This document shows positions 36,130 to 48,716 of a stretch of 64,000 nucleotides of DNA, piece after piece. Made by a program: the position numbers and the translations under genes. Position 1 is the stretch's first letter. Each line of letters begins with the position of its first letter. This DNA is from Octopus bimaculoides (taxonomy: Eukaryota). The stretch covers positions 6,586,557 through 6,650,556 of the forward strand of contig NC_068985.1 of the NCBI RefSeq assembly GCF_001194135.2, in the 5' to 3' direction. The notes beneath the pieces are model-generated. The model ran no database searches, was not told the DNA's origin, and worked only from the letters and a program-made list of their open reading frames with translations.

Positions 36130-36750
36130 TCCATGAAATGGCGCATCTATTCTGTACCATCGCTCCAAGTGGAACTTCTAAGTGTTGCGGCTTCGATGAA
36201 GCCTCTTTATCCATATTCCAGAGATCGAAGGAACATATACTGCCCTATGAGCCACAAACAAAGAGTTAGCAGGTCGTCTGTACCAAGCAATAAAACTGAT
36301 CAACCATTCACATTTCTTTGTGAACGAAATACAGATTTAATACAAATTTAATACACGGATGTTCAACATGGACATTAACAAAGCGTTTTGAAAAGAAATT
36401 TAGCGGAATTTATACTAGCATGCTTCGAGCTTTTCTGGATATCTGTTGGCGGTAATACCCTACGAAAGAACGTCTCTACGGTCAGTTACCACATATCATC
36501 AGATAAAGAAGAACAAGATTCGCTGGACATTGCTGGAGAGCAATGGATGAGATCAGTAGTGACTTTCTTCTTTGGTAATCGAAGTATGTGAACGCATATG
36601 TTGGTAGATAACATCAAACCTACATAAAGCAACTGTGCGAAGACTCCGCGCGCACCCGAGAAGACCTAACACATGCAATGGCAGACCGTACACCCTGGAG
36701 AGAACGAGTGATGGCAATCTTTGAGGAAGCAAGACCGAGTGATGATGATG
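36130..36750 (+). mobile_element. RTE-clade LINE 3' end relic
   Basis: YGCSTWTLTKRFEKKFSGIYTSMLRAFLDICWR*YPTKERLYGQLP; RFAGHCWR; AMADRTPWRERV. Confidence 0.85.
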
Positions 36751-36774
36751 CAAAGTTTCTGCGTGTGAGAGAAT

Positions 36775-36855
<81 letters not shown>

Positions 36856-36928
36856 TTGCTATAATTTGGCAAAAATCTCTTTAGGTATTATTTTAACAGG
36901 GATATTCTCCCACAGAAATATCAATATC

Positions 36929-37143
36929 AAGGCGGCGAGTTGGCAGAAACGTTAGCACGCCGGGCGAAATGCTTAACGGTATTTCGTCTGCCGTTACGTT
37001 CTGAGTTCAAATTCCGCCGAAGTCGACTTTGCCTTTCATCCTGTCGGGGTGCATTAAATAAGTACCAGTTACGCACTGGGGTCGATATAATAGACTTAAT
37101 CTGTCTGTCCTTGTATTTTCCCCTTGTGGGCAGTAAAGAAATA
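36929..37143 (+). mobile_element. SINE family B, full-length, with a 14-bp TSD
   Basis: AGAAATATCAATAT at 36914-36927 and 37144-37157. Confidence 0.95.
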
Positions 37144-38811
37144 AGAAATATCAATATTTACCCGCAGACAAACTGAGAAATAACCATACTTATTTTAATT
37201 CAATTCTTTCTTTTTTTCCATATTTTTCTTGTTTGCTTTTGTTTGGAATTATAGACCCAGGAATAATCTCTACATTCTATATTTTGTTTTAGCGGGCATT
37301 TTGCACTTCCGTTTTATAGAATTGTGCAAACAGTATTGGATTAATGAAATTTCCTTATCAAATCCTTGCTCTTTCAGTTTTTGTCTGATGGCTGCCTGAG
37401 AAGGGATATACACATTCAAGAAAACTTCTATGAACGTAGATCATCAAAAATATATTTATTTTAATTAAGTTCACTACAAAATTATTCGTGATTATAAAAG
37501 TGAGCAGCATTAATGGAGACAAATAATTGATGCGTTTATAATTATCTAAAGAAAATAGATTGGATACCAAACAATACTGTTCATATTTTCATGAAAATTA
37601 GTAGCAGGTCTATATATATTTGTATGGTTGCGTGTGAGTGTGTGCATATGCGTGTGGCGCGCGCGTATTTTCTGGTGAGAGTGATATATCAATATATATT
37701 AATAAATATATATATGTATATATTTACAGGTATATACAGGTATGCATATATACGTGTGTGTGTTTGCTTGCTTGTGTGTGTATATGAATGCATGTATGTA
37801 ACTATGCTTGCATATATGTGTGTATGTATGTATGCATGTATGTACACATGTATATGTGTATGTAAGTAAGTATGTACGTATGTTTGTATGTATGTATGTA
37901 TGTATTTATGTGTATGTATGTACTGGCAAACGGCAGTATGAAACCGTTAGTAGCACTGTTAATTCAGAAAGAACATGTGTCTGTGTGACATTTTGAAAGT
38001 GTTAGTGAAATGAGGAAATACGTCAAAAGGAAAAAGAAAATAACTTCTTATAAATTTCACGCTTTACATCTAACCTTTCGATGTTGCAAGGCGCCTGTGA
38101 TTACAAATCATTTGTACAACCCGCTAGCAATGCGTTTGCCGGAAAGGCAATGCTGTACTGAAGGATAAACACACAAATAGCAAAGAAACGTCGATATTAT
38201 TTCAAATAAGATATAAAAATGTTTTAGAATTGTTTAATAACAATTACAGCAATTATATTTTGTTTAAAATTCAATTAGAGTTATATATTGCATGTGACAG
38301 GTAACTGATTTACCGTATATATATACAGAACTTTATATACATTTAGAAATGGATTAAATTTGTAAATAGAGCTACACATGTTCATCTTCTATGCATCTGT
38401 ATGTTATGCGCGTATAAAATTTGGAAAGGGCTACTTGTTTCGAATTATTATACAGTCGAGGAGGTACGTGTTGCGATCACAGTAAAAAACATTAGATTCA
38501 AACATACGCTGTTATATAAGAATAGACAATGTCTTTTAGGATATTATATTGACAGCATGATATTGTCGCATTCATATAGTGCCTTGCTGATTTTAATGTC
38601 AGTATTCGGTACACAATTCAAAAGAAGGAAGTATTTGCTGCTCGAGGTTTGCAATATATTTTCATATATACTTAACCAAAAAATTAAACAGCAAAACAAT
38701 TCTCCAATAAAATCTATATGCTTCATGGAATAGTCATATGCATTGGAACTAGTGAGTACATAGATACGTATACAAACACACACGCTCACACACATACACA
38801 CACATACGCCG

Positions 38812-39351
38812 ATTCGGATGCCTCGGAGGTGTTCCGCGAACCGGTCAGCCAAGCGGCGTCCCGTTTGCCCGATGTATAGAGAAGGGCAGAGAGAGCAGGA
38901 GATGCAGTAGATGATATTGGTAGAAATGCAAGTCGGTGATGTGATAGGGTCGATGATGGGTGCCGGTGAGGAGGGTAGTTTTGGAGAGGTAAGGGCAAGT
39001 GCGGCAGTGTGAGCGGGAGCAGGGGATAGAGCCGAGCTCGGAGGTTGGGTTGGAGAAGAAGATGTGGACCAAGAGGTCTAGTAAATTGTGGGCTCGTTTG
39101 AAGGAGGGGAGTCGTTGGGTAGGGAAGATGTGCGAAGTGGAGGGGTCGGAGTGGAGTCACCGGAAAGCTCAGAGAATGGTGCATTGGAGAGGTAGAGTGG
39201 CGGGGTGATAGGTGAGGGGAAAAGGGAGGCGGGATACGGCGGGGCGGGTTCGGAGGGAGAGAGCAGATGCACGGTCCACGGAACCTGCTCTGGCAAGGGC
39301 GGTGTGGATAGTGGTGAGGGGATATCCACGTAGGATGAAGTGGCCAGCCAT
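38812..39351 (-). mobile_element. Penelope-like element relic: RT-EN linker and GIY-YIG endonuclease
   Basis: RGYPLTTI, RLPFPLTYHP, CSRSHCRTCPY, then NIIYCISCSLCPSLYIGQTGRRLADRFAEH (GIY-YIG). Confidence 0.9.
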
Positions 39352-39360
39352 GAGTTTAGA

Positions 39361-40085
39361 CTAAGTTGTTTCTAAAGAAGGTTTTATCCATTCGTCAGCT
39401 AAAACAGTCTCCAGTTCTTGTAGTGATGATGGCGGAGGATATCGACTCCTTACTTGTTTTTCTAAAATGCACCATATCAGTTCAATAATACTGAGATCTG
39501 GGGACTGTGGTGGCCAGATAAGATGTTCAACTTCCCTAGACGGTTCCTCGTGCCATTCAGTAACAGTTTTAGCTGTGTGAATTGGTGCATTTTCATCCTG
39601 AAAGATTGCGTTTCTCTCCGGAAACAGTTCCACAACCATAGGATGAATTTGATCAGATAAAATACTTAAGCAGTGTTGGCAATGAAAGGAAACCATTAGG
39701 CCGGCGGATTTGCGAGACATAGCCTCCCGCACACCACCCCAGATCATTACAAATCCTCCCAAAAGTTTAAAACTTGGAAGTTGGCAGTCTAGGTCAAATG
39801 ATTCTTTTAGCTTTCTCCAAGCGAATATTCGGCCGGTGGTCGGAAATAAGGTAAACATTCTTTAACCGCTCTAGGGATCGCTTCTGTAGGTTTTTACTCC
39901 ACACTAAACGCTTTGCAACCTTTGCTTTTGAAAGTAGTGGTTTTCTGATTGCAGCCCTCCCGTGAAATTTGGTCTGTGCATCTACCAGCGAACAGATTTT
40001 GTGGAACCTGGGTTCTTGAGGTGGTCATTAAGCTTTGCGGTAATGTTGGCTGTTGTACTTTTATGATCCTTTCTACTTTTATGAT
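39361..40085 (-). mobile_element. Tc1-family transposase fragment
   Basis: ITAKLNDHLKNP..GRAAIRKP; VMIWGG; FQDENAPIH...WPPQSPDLSIIE; first catalytic SDE motif deleted; no TIR seen. Confidence 0.9.
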
Positions 40086-40087
40086 CC

Positions 40088-40210
40088 TTTCTGTTGGATA
40101 GTGTAGGCTCGAAACGTAAAAGAATTTCTCACCTTTCCAAGCGTTAAATTAATACTCGCGTTTGTTGTTTACATACCTGTCTTCGTCTTTTATTTTTTGT
40201 GAATTCTACT
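40088..40210 (+). mobile_element. Penelope-type 3' tail (pLTR-like) with a degenerate hammerhead motif
   Basis: GTAGGCTCGAAACGTAAAAGA...AGCGTTAAA.TAATAC...GTCTTCGTC; homologous to 44652-44880 (minus). Confidence 0.6.
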
Positions 40211-41319
40211 TACGTATATATATTTATGTATGTATATATATATTCACATGCATACGTATGTGTATGTGTATGTGTGTGTGTGCATGCGTGCGTGGGTACA
40301 TACCTGTATATGCAGGTGTGTGGTGTTGTGGTGTTTCTGTTGCTAGTAAGCTTGCATTTGTGCATGAGTCTACAAGAAAAAAATAACTAGTAATTGTGGA
40401 ATATTTCATTTTTCCCGAAATTTACAGAAACAACTTCGTCTCTCCCATTTTTTTTTTTTTAATTACATCGATACTAGTTTTAAAATCAGCAGTGTTTATA
40501 AACGGAAAGCAGCTCATTAAGGTACAACGATATGTATATATACTATTATTAATAAACAGCTAATAATAGCTTAAGGAAAATATGTTGGATATTCCATTAT
40601 GTACACGTTTGTGTGTACAGAAATTTTATTATTCTTCGTCCAAAAGCACACTACTATATACCATGTAAATCTTGCGAAACCTATGTACAATATATAGCAT
40701 GAAAAACCGGAACCTCGAGATAACAGACTTAACGAAGCAACATATTCGAGATCAGTTTAACGTACACTTTCTCGATGTAAACATCTCGACAATAAAACAA
40801 CCTTTAGTTTTCTGATCAATTTCCTGAAAAAATTGATTTCTATGCATCTATGCTTATACGTTATATAGAAAAATCGGTAAATTACGGCTGATGTAAATTT
40901 AAAGATTGGAATTGCTGATTAATAAACAGCAAACTACTACAATGGAATAATCATTTAATTAAAAAATTTGAATTCCGTTCATGTTTTGTGCTCATCAGCG
41001 GAGCACAAAAGAATTATGTAAGTTTTACAAAATAATTATTTATAATAGAGATAATTTTCACTTCAGGATTAGGAATTTTAATATCGGACAGATAAGATTT
41101 TCTTATCACACATTATCAACATTCTGCATTACATCGCAACATTTTGTAATTCTATAATTTCATTTATATGTGTGGGGATGGCGGGAAGCGCACGTGTCTG
41201 TATATGCGTGTTTAATAAATGTGCATATGTAAATGTTCAGCTGAAAATATTTTCAAATGAAAGTCGTTAGAAGCAAAACGGATAGCAGCTTCTGTTTTAA
41301 AATGTCACAGTTTCTTGTT

Positions 41320-41460
41320 CAAATACCACTGAGGTCGACTTTGCGTTTCAACCTTCCGGGGGTCTATGAAATAAGTAGCAATTGAACACAGTGATCGACC
41401 AAGTCGATTTACCTCACCCACCCCGTAACTGCTGGTCTTGTGCCAAAATTTGAAATCAAT
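41320..41460 (+). mobile_element. SINE family B 3' part, degenerate
   Basis: GAGGTCGACTTTGCGTTTCA...GTGCCAAAATTTGAAA. Confidence 0.7.
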
Positions 41461-41518
41461 ATGTTATTGTTTCTTAAGATTAATTCATCTCCCAGAATCT
41501 ATACTTTGCTGCGTAGAG

Positions 41519-41872
41519 GTGCAATGGCCCAACGGTTAGGGCAGTGGAATCGCGGTCGTAGGATCGCGGTTTCGATTTCCAGAACGGGCATTGTGAGTGT
41601 TTACTGAACGAAAACATCTAAGGCTTTGGCAGGAGGTTGTGGCGAAACCTGCTGTACTCTTTCTCTCAATCTTTCTTCCTGTTTCTGTTGTACTTTTATT
41701 TCAAAGGTCTAGCTTTGTCACACTCTGTGTCACGCTGAATCTCCACGAGAATTATATTAAGGGTATACGTGCACTGTGGAGTGCTCAGCCACTTGCACGT
41801 TAATTTCACGAGCAGGATGTTCGGTTGGTCGGATCAACTGGAACCCTCGACGTCGTAACCGACGGAGAACCA
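41519..41872 (+). mobile_element. tRNA-derived SINE, family D
   Basis: Head GTGCAATGGCCCAACGGTTAGGGCAG (A box), GGTTTCGATTTCC (B box), GC-richer body ending CGTCGTAACCGACGGAG. Confidence 0.7.
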
Positions 41873-42245
41873 AGATACTTTGCAGCGTTTAAATGACTGA
41901 ATCGAATAAAATCGTACTTGCGTGCTAGTAATACGTTTCCAATTACCAATACAGGACTTCTCAAAATCAGAATCCATATATTTACCACAGTTTTAATTAT
42001 AGCCAACGTACGAAAGATAAGAAATCCACAAAATAAATATTAGACATTTACAACGCGATAAAGAAATATTTAGAAATCTAAATATTTTCGTTGTTTAAGA
42101 CAGACACGTCGTTTTCCCATTATATATATAAATATCTGTTGAGATATTTGAATAGGATATAATCTTAGATGTGAAACGGACATGTATTGAGTAACATAAC
42201 AAAATATAACTAGTGAGGGATGGGGATACAAGCCTTTTATATATA

Positions 42246-42665
42246 GGCGCAGGAGTGGCTGTGTGGTAAGTAGCTTGATTACCAGCCACATGGTTCTGGG
42301 TTCAGTCCCACTGCGTGGCATTTGGGCAAGTATCTTCTTCTATAGCCTCGGGCCGACCAAGGCCTTGTGAGTGGATTTGGTAGACGGAAACTGGAAAAAG
42401 CCCATCGTATATGAATATATATATATATATATGTGTGTGTGTATGTGTGTATATGTTTGTGTGTCTGTGTTTGCCCCCCCCCTCTTCACCAACATGTTTT
42501 GCCGAACCGCTAAGTTACGGGGACGTGAACACACCAGAGACATACGCAATAAGTACTAGGCTTAGAAACCATAAACTCTGGGGTTCATTTGCTCCACTCA
42601 AGGTCGTGTTCCAGTATGGCCGCAGTCAAATGAATGAAGCAAGTAAAAGAATAAAAGAATAAAAT
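42246..42665 (+). mobile_element. SINE family A, full-length
   Basis: GGCGCAGGAGTGGCTGTGTGGTAAG, GGTTCAGTCCC, TTGGGCAAGT (CORE-like), central TA/TG tract, (AAAGAAT)n tail. Confidence 0.95.
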
Positions 42666-43840
42666 AATATTACAATTTACATAATATTTCTTTCTTCCTT
42701 CCTTTTTTTTTCCAGTAATTAAGTACTTTAACCGAAATTATTTTACTGATTAACGTTCTTTGTTACCCATCAATTTCTAGTACGAGACCCGATGAATTTG
42801 ACACGACAGTTTGGTGATGCGGATGATGAAAGATGCAACATATCACGTGATTACCTCTAAGCCCCGTACGTCATTAGCGCTCTGCATCATTTTGTTGTGG
42901 ATTGAGAGGATGGGGGAATTAACACGTACATTCGCTTAGCAGAAACACGAAGTATATTTCAATAAAGCAGTCATAGAGCTAGGCCAAGGGTTACCTAAAT
43001 GATCTCAAAGGCTTTATATTTACATTTTGGTCCTTTATGCTTTTATTGCAATAAAAAAGGTGACAGATAATTCTATTTCAATTACACGTTATGGCAATGA
43101 ATGTCTAGTTACTATTTAATAATCATTAAACAGGAAAGTATCAGATTAAACGATGCTGCAGAAAGATGTTACGCTTGAAATCTGGCCTTTTTTATTCGCA
43201 AGTTTCTCTCTCNNNNNNNNNNATATATATATTATATCTGACAAGAGAATAAACTCATAATAGATGTTCAGTATAACTATTCTATGCACGTCTTGCATTT
43301 AGCCACTGCGTTTCTCTTCGCATCGTTTCATCAGCAGACTATAGAGATATTTGTCTACAAATAGTGTGGACTACAGGCACACAAATCTCGGTTGGTATAT
43401 AGAGCGCGTAGTTATATGAAACTATTATTATGAGGCATAATAGAAGGCTTAATATTATTTACGATCAACTATTTATAAGAGTTTGTCTAAAATATTGAGT
43501 AAGGTATGTTTAGCCTCTGTTGAGAGGCGGGTTCCTTATCACCATCGGAGAATATTAATAGCCTTACATTACATAGAACCTCATTTGTTTCTTATTTATT
43601 CTGTGCATATAATGTCGATTACCCTATATATATAACGATAACGTTGAAAGACTTCGATAGTGTAAATCTTCGTACACAATATAAATATATATAAAAATAT
43701 AGCGTCTATAAAATATGTCCATTGTAGATGTACATATGGATACATATATATATGTGTGTATGTATATATATAATATGTATATAACTTATATATATATATG
43801 TATACACACACACACACACACACGCACACACACACACACG

Positions 43841-43876
<36 letters not shown>

Positions 43877-44509
43877 NNNNNNNNNNNNNNNNNNNNNNNN
43901 NNNNNNNNNNNNNNNNNNNNNNNNNNNNNNNNNNNNNNNNNNNNNNNNNNNNNNNNNNNNNNNNNNNNNNNNNNNNNNNNNNNNNNNNNNNNNNNNNNNN
44001 NNNNNNNNNNNNNNNNNNNNNNNNNNNNNNNNNNNNNNNNNNNNNNNNNNNNNNNNNNNNNNNNNNNNNNNNNNNNNNNNNNNNNNNNNNNNNNNNNNNN
44101 NNNNNNNNNNNNNNNNNNNNNNNNNNNNNNNNNNNNNNNNNNNNNNNNNNNNNNNNNNNNNNNNNNNNNNNNNNNNNNNNNNNNNNNNNNNNNNNNNNNN
44201 NNNNNNNNNNNNNNNNNNNNNNNNNNNNNNNNNNNNNNNNNNNNNNNNNNNNNNNNNNNNNNNNNNNNNNNNNNNNNNNNNNNNNNNNNNNNNNNNNNNN
44301 NNNNNNNNNNNNNNNNNNNNNNNNNNNNNNNNNNNNNNNNNNNNNNNNNNNNNNNNNNNNNNNNNNNNNNNNNNNNNNNNNNNNNNNNNNNNNNNNNNNN
44401 NNNNNNNNNNNNNNNNNNNNNNNNNNNNNNNNNNNNNNNNNNNNNNNNNTTTTATGTATTCTTCAAAATTGAAATATGTCTCAGAACTAAATTCTATTGT
44501 GCATATGTG

Positions 44510-44558
<49 letters not shown>

Positions 44559-44651
44559 ATGTATATATCCATATGTAAATCTATCTAGACATATGTTTAT
44601 ACATAGATATATACGTATATATATATATATATACATATATGCATATACATA

Positions 44652-44880
44652 GTGAGAGTTTACAAAATAGAAAATGACGAAGACGGGTGTGTAAACAACA
44701 AACAGATGCATTAGTTTAACGCTCGGTAAGTGAGAAAGTCTTTTACGTTTCGAGCCTACGCTCTTCGAAAGAAAGGAAAACAGAAATAAACAGGGAGAAA
44801 AACTAAAAAAAGGTTTAGTGGCTAGCGATCTTCCATGGCGAATGCCCGACAGATGGGTCACACATGAGAACTAGGAAGAA
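44652..44880 (-). mobile_element. Penelope-type 3' tail (pLTR-like) with a variant hammerhead motif
   Basis: Minus strand CTTT CTTTCGA A GAGC-GTAG-GCTC GAA ACGT A AAAG. Confidence 0.6.
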
Positions 44881-44899
44881 GGGGAGATAATATAGTATA

Positions 44900-44935
<36 letters not shown>

Positions 44936-44989
44936 GTATGTGCGTGTGTATCTATACATGTATACATGTGTGTGTATATGAATATGTAA

Positions 44990-47330
44990 TCTCAAGCATG
45001 ATATGCAAAGAGTGTAACCAGGCAGAATATATACTTGACCTCACAACAATACTGTTCATAGAGCAAACAATACTCTCCCCAACCGGGAATGAGAACATAT
45101 TAAACTTCTCTTTCAACAACAATGTCGGTCTTATACACAACGTGAAGATAAACTTCTCAAACCACAACTTGGTAGAATTATGATGTATGGTCCAAAACCA
45201 ATTATTGATGTATTCCGTGCAAACGAAACTATAACTCCGTTTAGTCTGAATCTCTACAATTTTGACTGGAAGTTAATTAAAAGGCGGATGGTCCAGAAGA
45301 ATTGCGCTAAAAGTCTCTCTATGCAAGACATTGATATAAAACGTATAGAATGCATCACAATATTGCGAGCCATATGAATTGAATTTGTTGCAGTGAAGAG
45401 AACAACCACATATACAAACATCATTCCGCGAGACAGGAGAGTCTTTATTAGGCAGAAAATAAAAATCTTCAATCGCTTAGCGAGAAATCCCTCCAAGAAA
45501 GAGATCGAAAATAAACACAGGATCTCCCATAAAAATAATGGATAGAAAGAGAAAGCACGTTAGAGGAAAATATAAAATAATTTCAAAGCCTTCTACATAT
45601 TCATGAAAGAGTTTACCTCAGTGCACTACAAGATAGGGCAGCTGCTTGTAAAAAAAAACGGCTCACTAGCTGCAAACCCCAAGAGATTAGCTGAAGTACT
45701 AACGAAGCAATTCCAGAGCATAGTGAGTTTTTCAACCCTGCAGGCCTACATGGGAAGAAGGCAACCATCAATTACATCAACACAAAAGAGGAAGACATAA
45801 TATCGGCCATTAATGAGATGAGCTCAAATTCAGCAACGCGTCTGGATGGATTTCCGTCGGTTCTCCAAAAGACATGCAAGGAATCTCTCAAAAGCCCACT
45901 GCAGGTACTTTTTCAACGTTTCTTTGCATGTGGAAAACCGCCCAAACAGTTAAAAGAGGGTATCATATGCCCTGTCCATAGAGGAGGAAGAAGACTAAAT
46001 TGTAGAAATTACAGGCCTTTCTGTCTGACTTCACATGTTAGCAAGGTGATGGAACTCATTGTCAGAAGGGGACGCCTCGTGTTCCTGGAAGAGAATAACT
46101 TGCTTACAAACACACAACATGGTTTCCGGCGAAGGAGGATCTGCTTCACACAGCCACTACAACGTTATGATTTGGTGATGAAACATAAGCTCAAACACTC
46201 AGATATGGATGTGATATATCGCGACAGTGCTAAGGCCTTTCACAAAGTCGTTCATGGGATTGTATGTCACAAACTACGGAACTTTGGTATCACAGGAAAA
46301 CTGGAAGAGTGGTTGCTCGACGTTTTAAAGGAGCGGGCAGGTTGTTGCAGCAGATTTCCTCAGGGAACTCTACTGAGACACTGTGACAACTACAGTTTGT
46401 AGTGGCTCTCTCAGACATGGCGTTGATCGAACAGTCATCCACTCTCACTAGCTACGCTAATGATACAAGGGTATCTCAGACGGTCAATGACCTTGATGAC
46501 TTAGTGAAACTGGACAATGACCTGTATGCAATATACAAATGGTCTGATGTAAATAACATACAGCTGAATGCTGATATGGTTCAAGCACTCTCCTATCAGC
46601 CCACAAACAGACTACAGTCAGAATTCATAGGACCAGAAGGCAGTGCAATCCTAGAGATAGTATCAGTGCCCTTCCTGAGAATCCACATGAGTTGTGATAC
46701 AACTGATACAACATTCCATGTGCATATTGCTAGGTTGACAACACTATGCAGACGACGAGTAGCTGGGTGGATCCTTAGAACATACAGAACCGAAAATAGG
46801 GATAGCTTGCTGTTACTATGGAGGACATTTGTCTTCAGTCGTCTCTCTGGATTACTACTGCCAACTGTGGTCTCTGCAGAGCATCCAATTGGTGACGGAA
46901 CTTGAGGAAAGCGATAAAACAGATGAGTTACAGAGAGAGGCTTCAAGAACTGAAGCTCTACTCTCTGGAGAGAGGGTGAGAAAGATAAGTAGTAATATAG
47001 ATATGAAAGGTACTAGAAGGTCTAGCTCCCAACTTTGGAATTAAAACTATACCAACCACCGAACTAGACGGTACTGCATGCTACCAAAGATATTGTCTTC
47101 TTCATCTCAGATAGGAACCCAGTATTGCAACCGCTTGAGTTCCAGGTGACCAAGGCTGTTTAACATTCTCCCAGGGAATCTAAGAGAGCTGCAAGGTGTT
47201 GAAGTGGAAACGGTCAAAAAGCACCTGGACAAATTTCCATCTGAAATCCCAGATGAGCCCACATTACGGCAGGAGACATAAAGATAAGTGGCTTCATCCA
47301 GCTCAGTTCTTCTGCAAAAGCTGTAACAAA
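44990..47330 (+). mobile_element. CR1/Jockey-superclade LINE relic (end of APE domain, RT, 3' end), frameshifted
   Basis: PTGNENILN...NHNLVEL (APE end); NYRPFCLTSHVSKVME, QHGFRR, DSAKAFHKV, PQGTLL (ORF 45818-46402); SYANDT (degenerate YADDT). Confidence 0.9.
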
Positions 47331-47349
47331 AGGAGACCCCCAAAAGACT

Positions 47350-47408
47350 GAAACGCGGTATTTCAGCATGGCTCCAACTTCTGGCTGAAACCAGTAAAGG
47401 AATAAAAG

Positions 47409-47411
<3 letters not shown>
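47350..47411 (+). mobile_element. SINE family A tail fragment
   Basis: CAGCATGGC...GCTGAAACCAGTAAAGGAATAAAAGAAT. Confidence 0.7.
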
Positions 47412-47458
<47 letters not shown>

Positions 47459-47468
47459 NNNNNNNNNN

Positions 47469-47589
47469 TTTAAGGAATGGAGAAAACGCATGTTATAACT
47501 GCATACTTTATCGCATAAATTGTAATTCTTCGAAACATATGTCGGAATAAAGTATGCAGTTATAACATGCGTTTTCTCAATTCCTTAAA
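47469..47589. repeat. Inverted repeat, 43-bp arms (1 mismatch) with a 35-bp spacer holding the 3' half of a hammerhead motif
   Basis: Arms 47469-47511 and 47547-47589; spacer contains CTTC GAA ACATATGT C (47528-47543). Confidence 0.85.
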
Positions 47590-48460
47590 TTTTTAAATAT
47601 ACTCAAATGCCCAAAATATCAAGGAGTTTCTGCCTCACCAACAGGAATTACACCACGGTTATTTTGTGATCTTTGCTACCTTGGTTTCTATTAACTCATT
47701 TATTCTATCAGAATTATTATTTATTAGGATAGAATAAATACATATAATTAAATATATATATATATACAGAGACCCATGCATATATACATACATTCAAATA
47801 TATATACATATGTTTTTGTGTTTGTGTGTGTGTACAAGCATATACCTACGTGCTTGTATATGTGTGTGTAAATCTACAGCTACATGTACACAGATCACGA
47901 GAAAAATATTCTCACTCTCTGATGAGATGATTGCTCATCAAAAGAAATATTTTGCCTGTTAAATAATAGGATATATATTTCCTTTTAGATAGCGTTGCAA
48001 ATATTTGTTCTTTCTGTTTTGCCAACACATTGATTTCCTATCGTTTGGTTGACTGACTTTTAATAATTATATATACTTTTCCATTGAGCATTGGTGGTGT
48101 AATCTTTTGAGGTGCATCGGAATATTGATACAACTCTCAGGAATATAAGTAAGTGTTGAATACTTTTAGAAAAATTCCATTACTTGAAAAATGTTCATTA
48201 CCGTGAGTAAATAGAAATCTTTGTATTTCTGTACATTTGTACATTTGCTATCCCACGTGACTGATATTCATATTCACAAGTCAGAGAAAATATTTACCTT
48301 TGGATACCCTCTTATGAAGCGATTTCCTTTCTGTGACATATCTGAAGTTTGTTATTTCTCTCTTATTTACTCAACTTAAATTTGTCATAATGTCTTGGTT
48401 TATACATTGGGTAGATACGATGTGATGCAAATGGTCGAATTTTATGTGAAGTAATGCCAT

Positions 48461-48462
48461 AC

Positions 48463-48542
<80 letters not shown>

Positions 48543-48560
48543 ATGTCTGTCTGTCTATCT
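48461..48560. repeat. (CTAT)n-(CTGT)n compound microsatellite
   Basis: Direct read. Confidence 0.95.
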
Positions 48561-48640
48561 CGCTGTATGTATGTCTGTCTATTTATCTATCGAGATAGAT
48601 TGACATGCACTATCTGCCTATCTCTCTTTCTCTCTCCCCC

Positions 48641-48671
<31 letters not shown>

Positions 48672-48678
48672 CTTCTGC

Positions 48679-48716
<38 letters not shown>

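Noticed and set aside
40984-41010. 10-bp-stem hairpin containing TCATCAG
   Set aside because: Isolated, with no GAAA or stem III arm
42781-42815. PDEFD peptide (Mab-21-like motif) after a TAG acceptor
   Set aside because: Stop four codons later, no donor, and opposite strand to the 1.9-kb candidate
43295-43340. Minus-strand CTGATGA...GAAAC
   Set aside because: No pairing stem II or stem I
47919-47955. CTGATGA GATGA-TTGC-TCATC AAAA: good stem II
   Set aside because: G12 is absent and no stem I or valid stem III; at most a dead remnant
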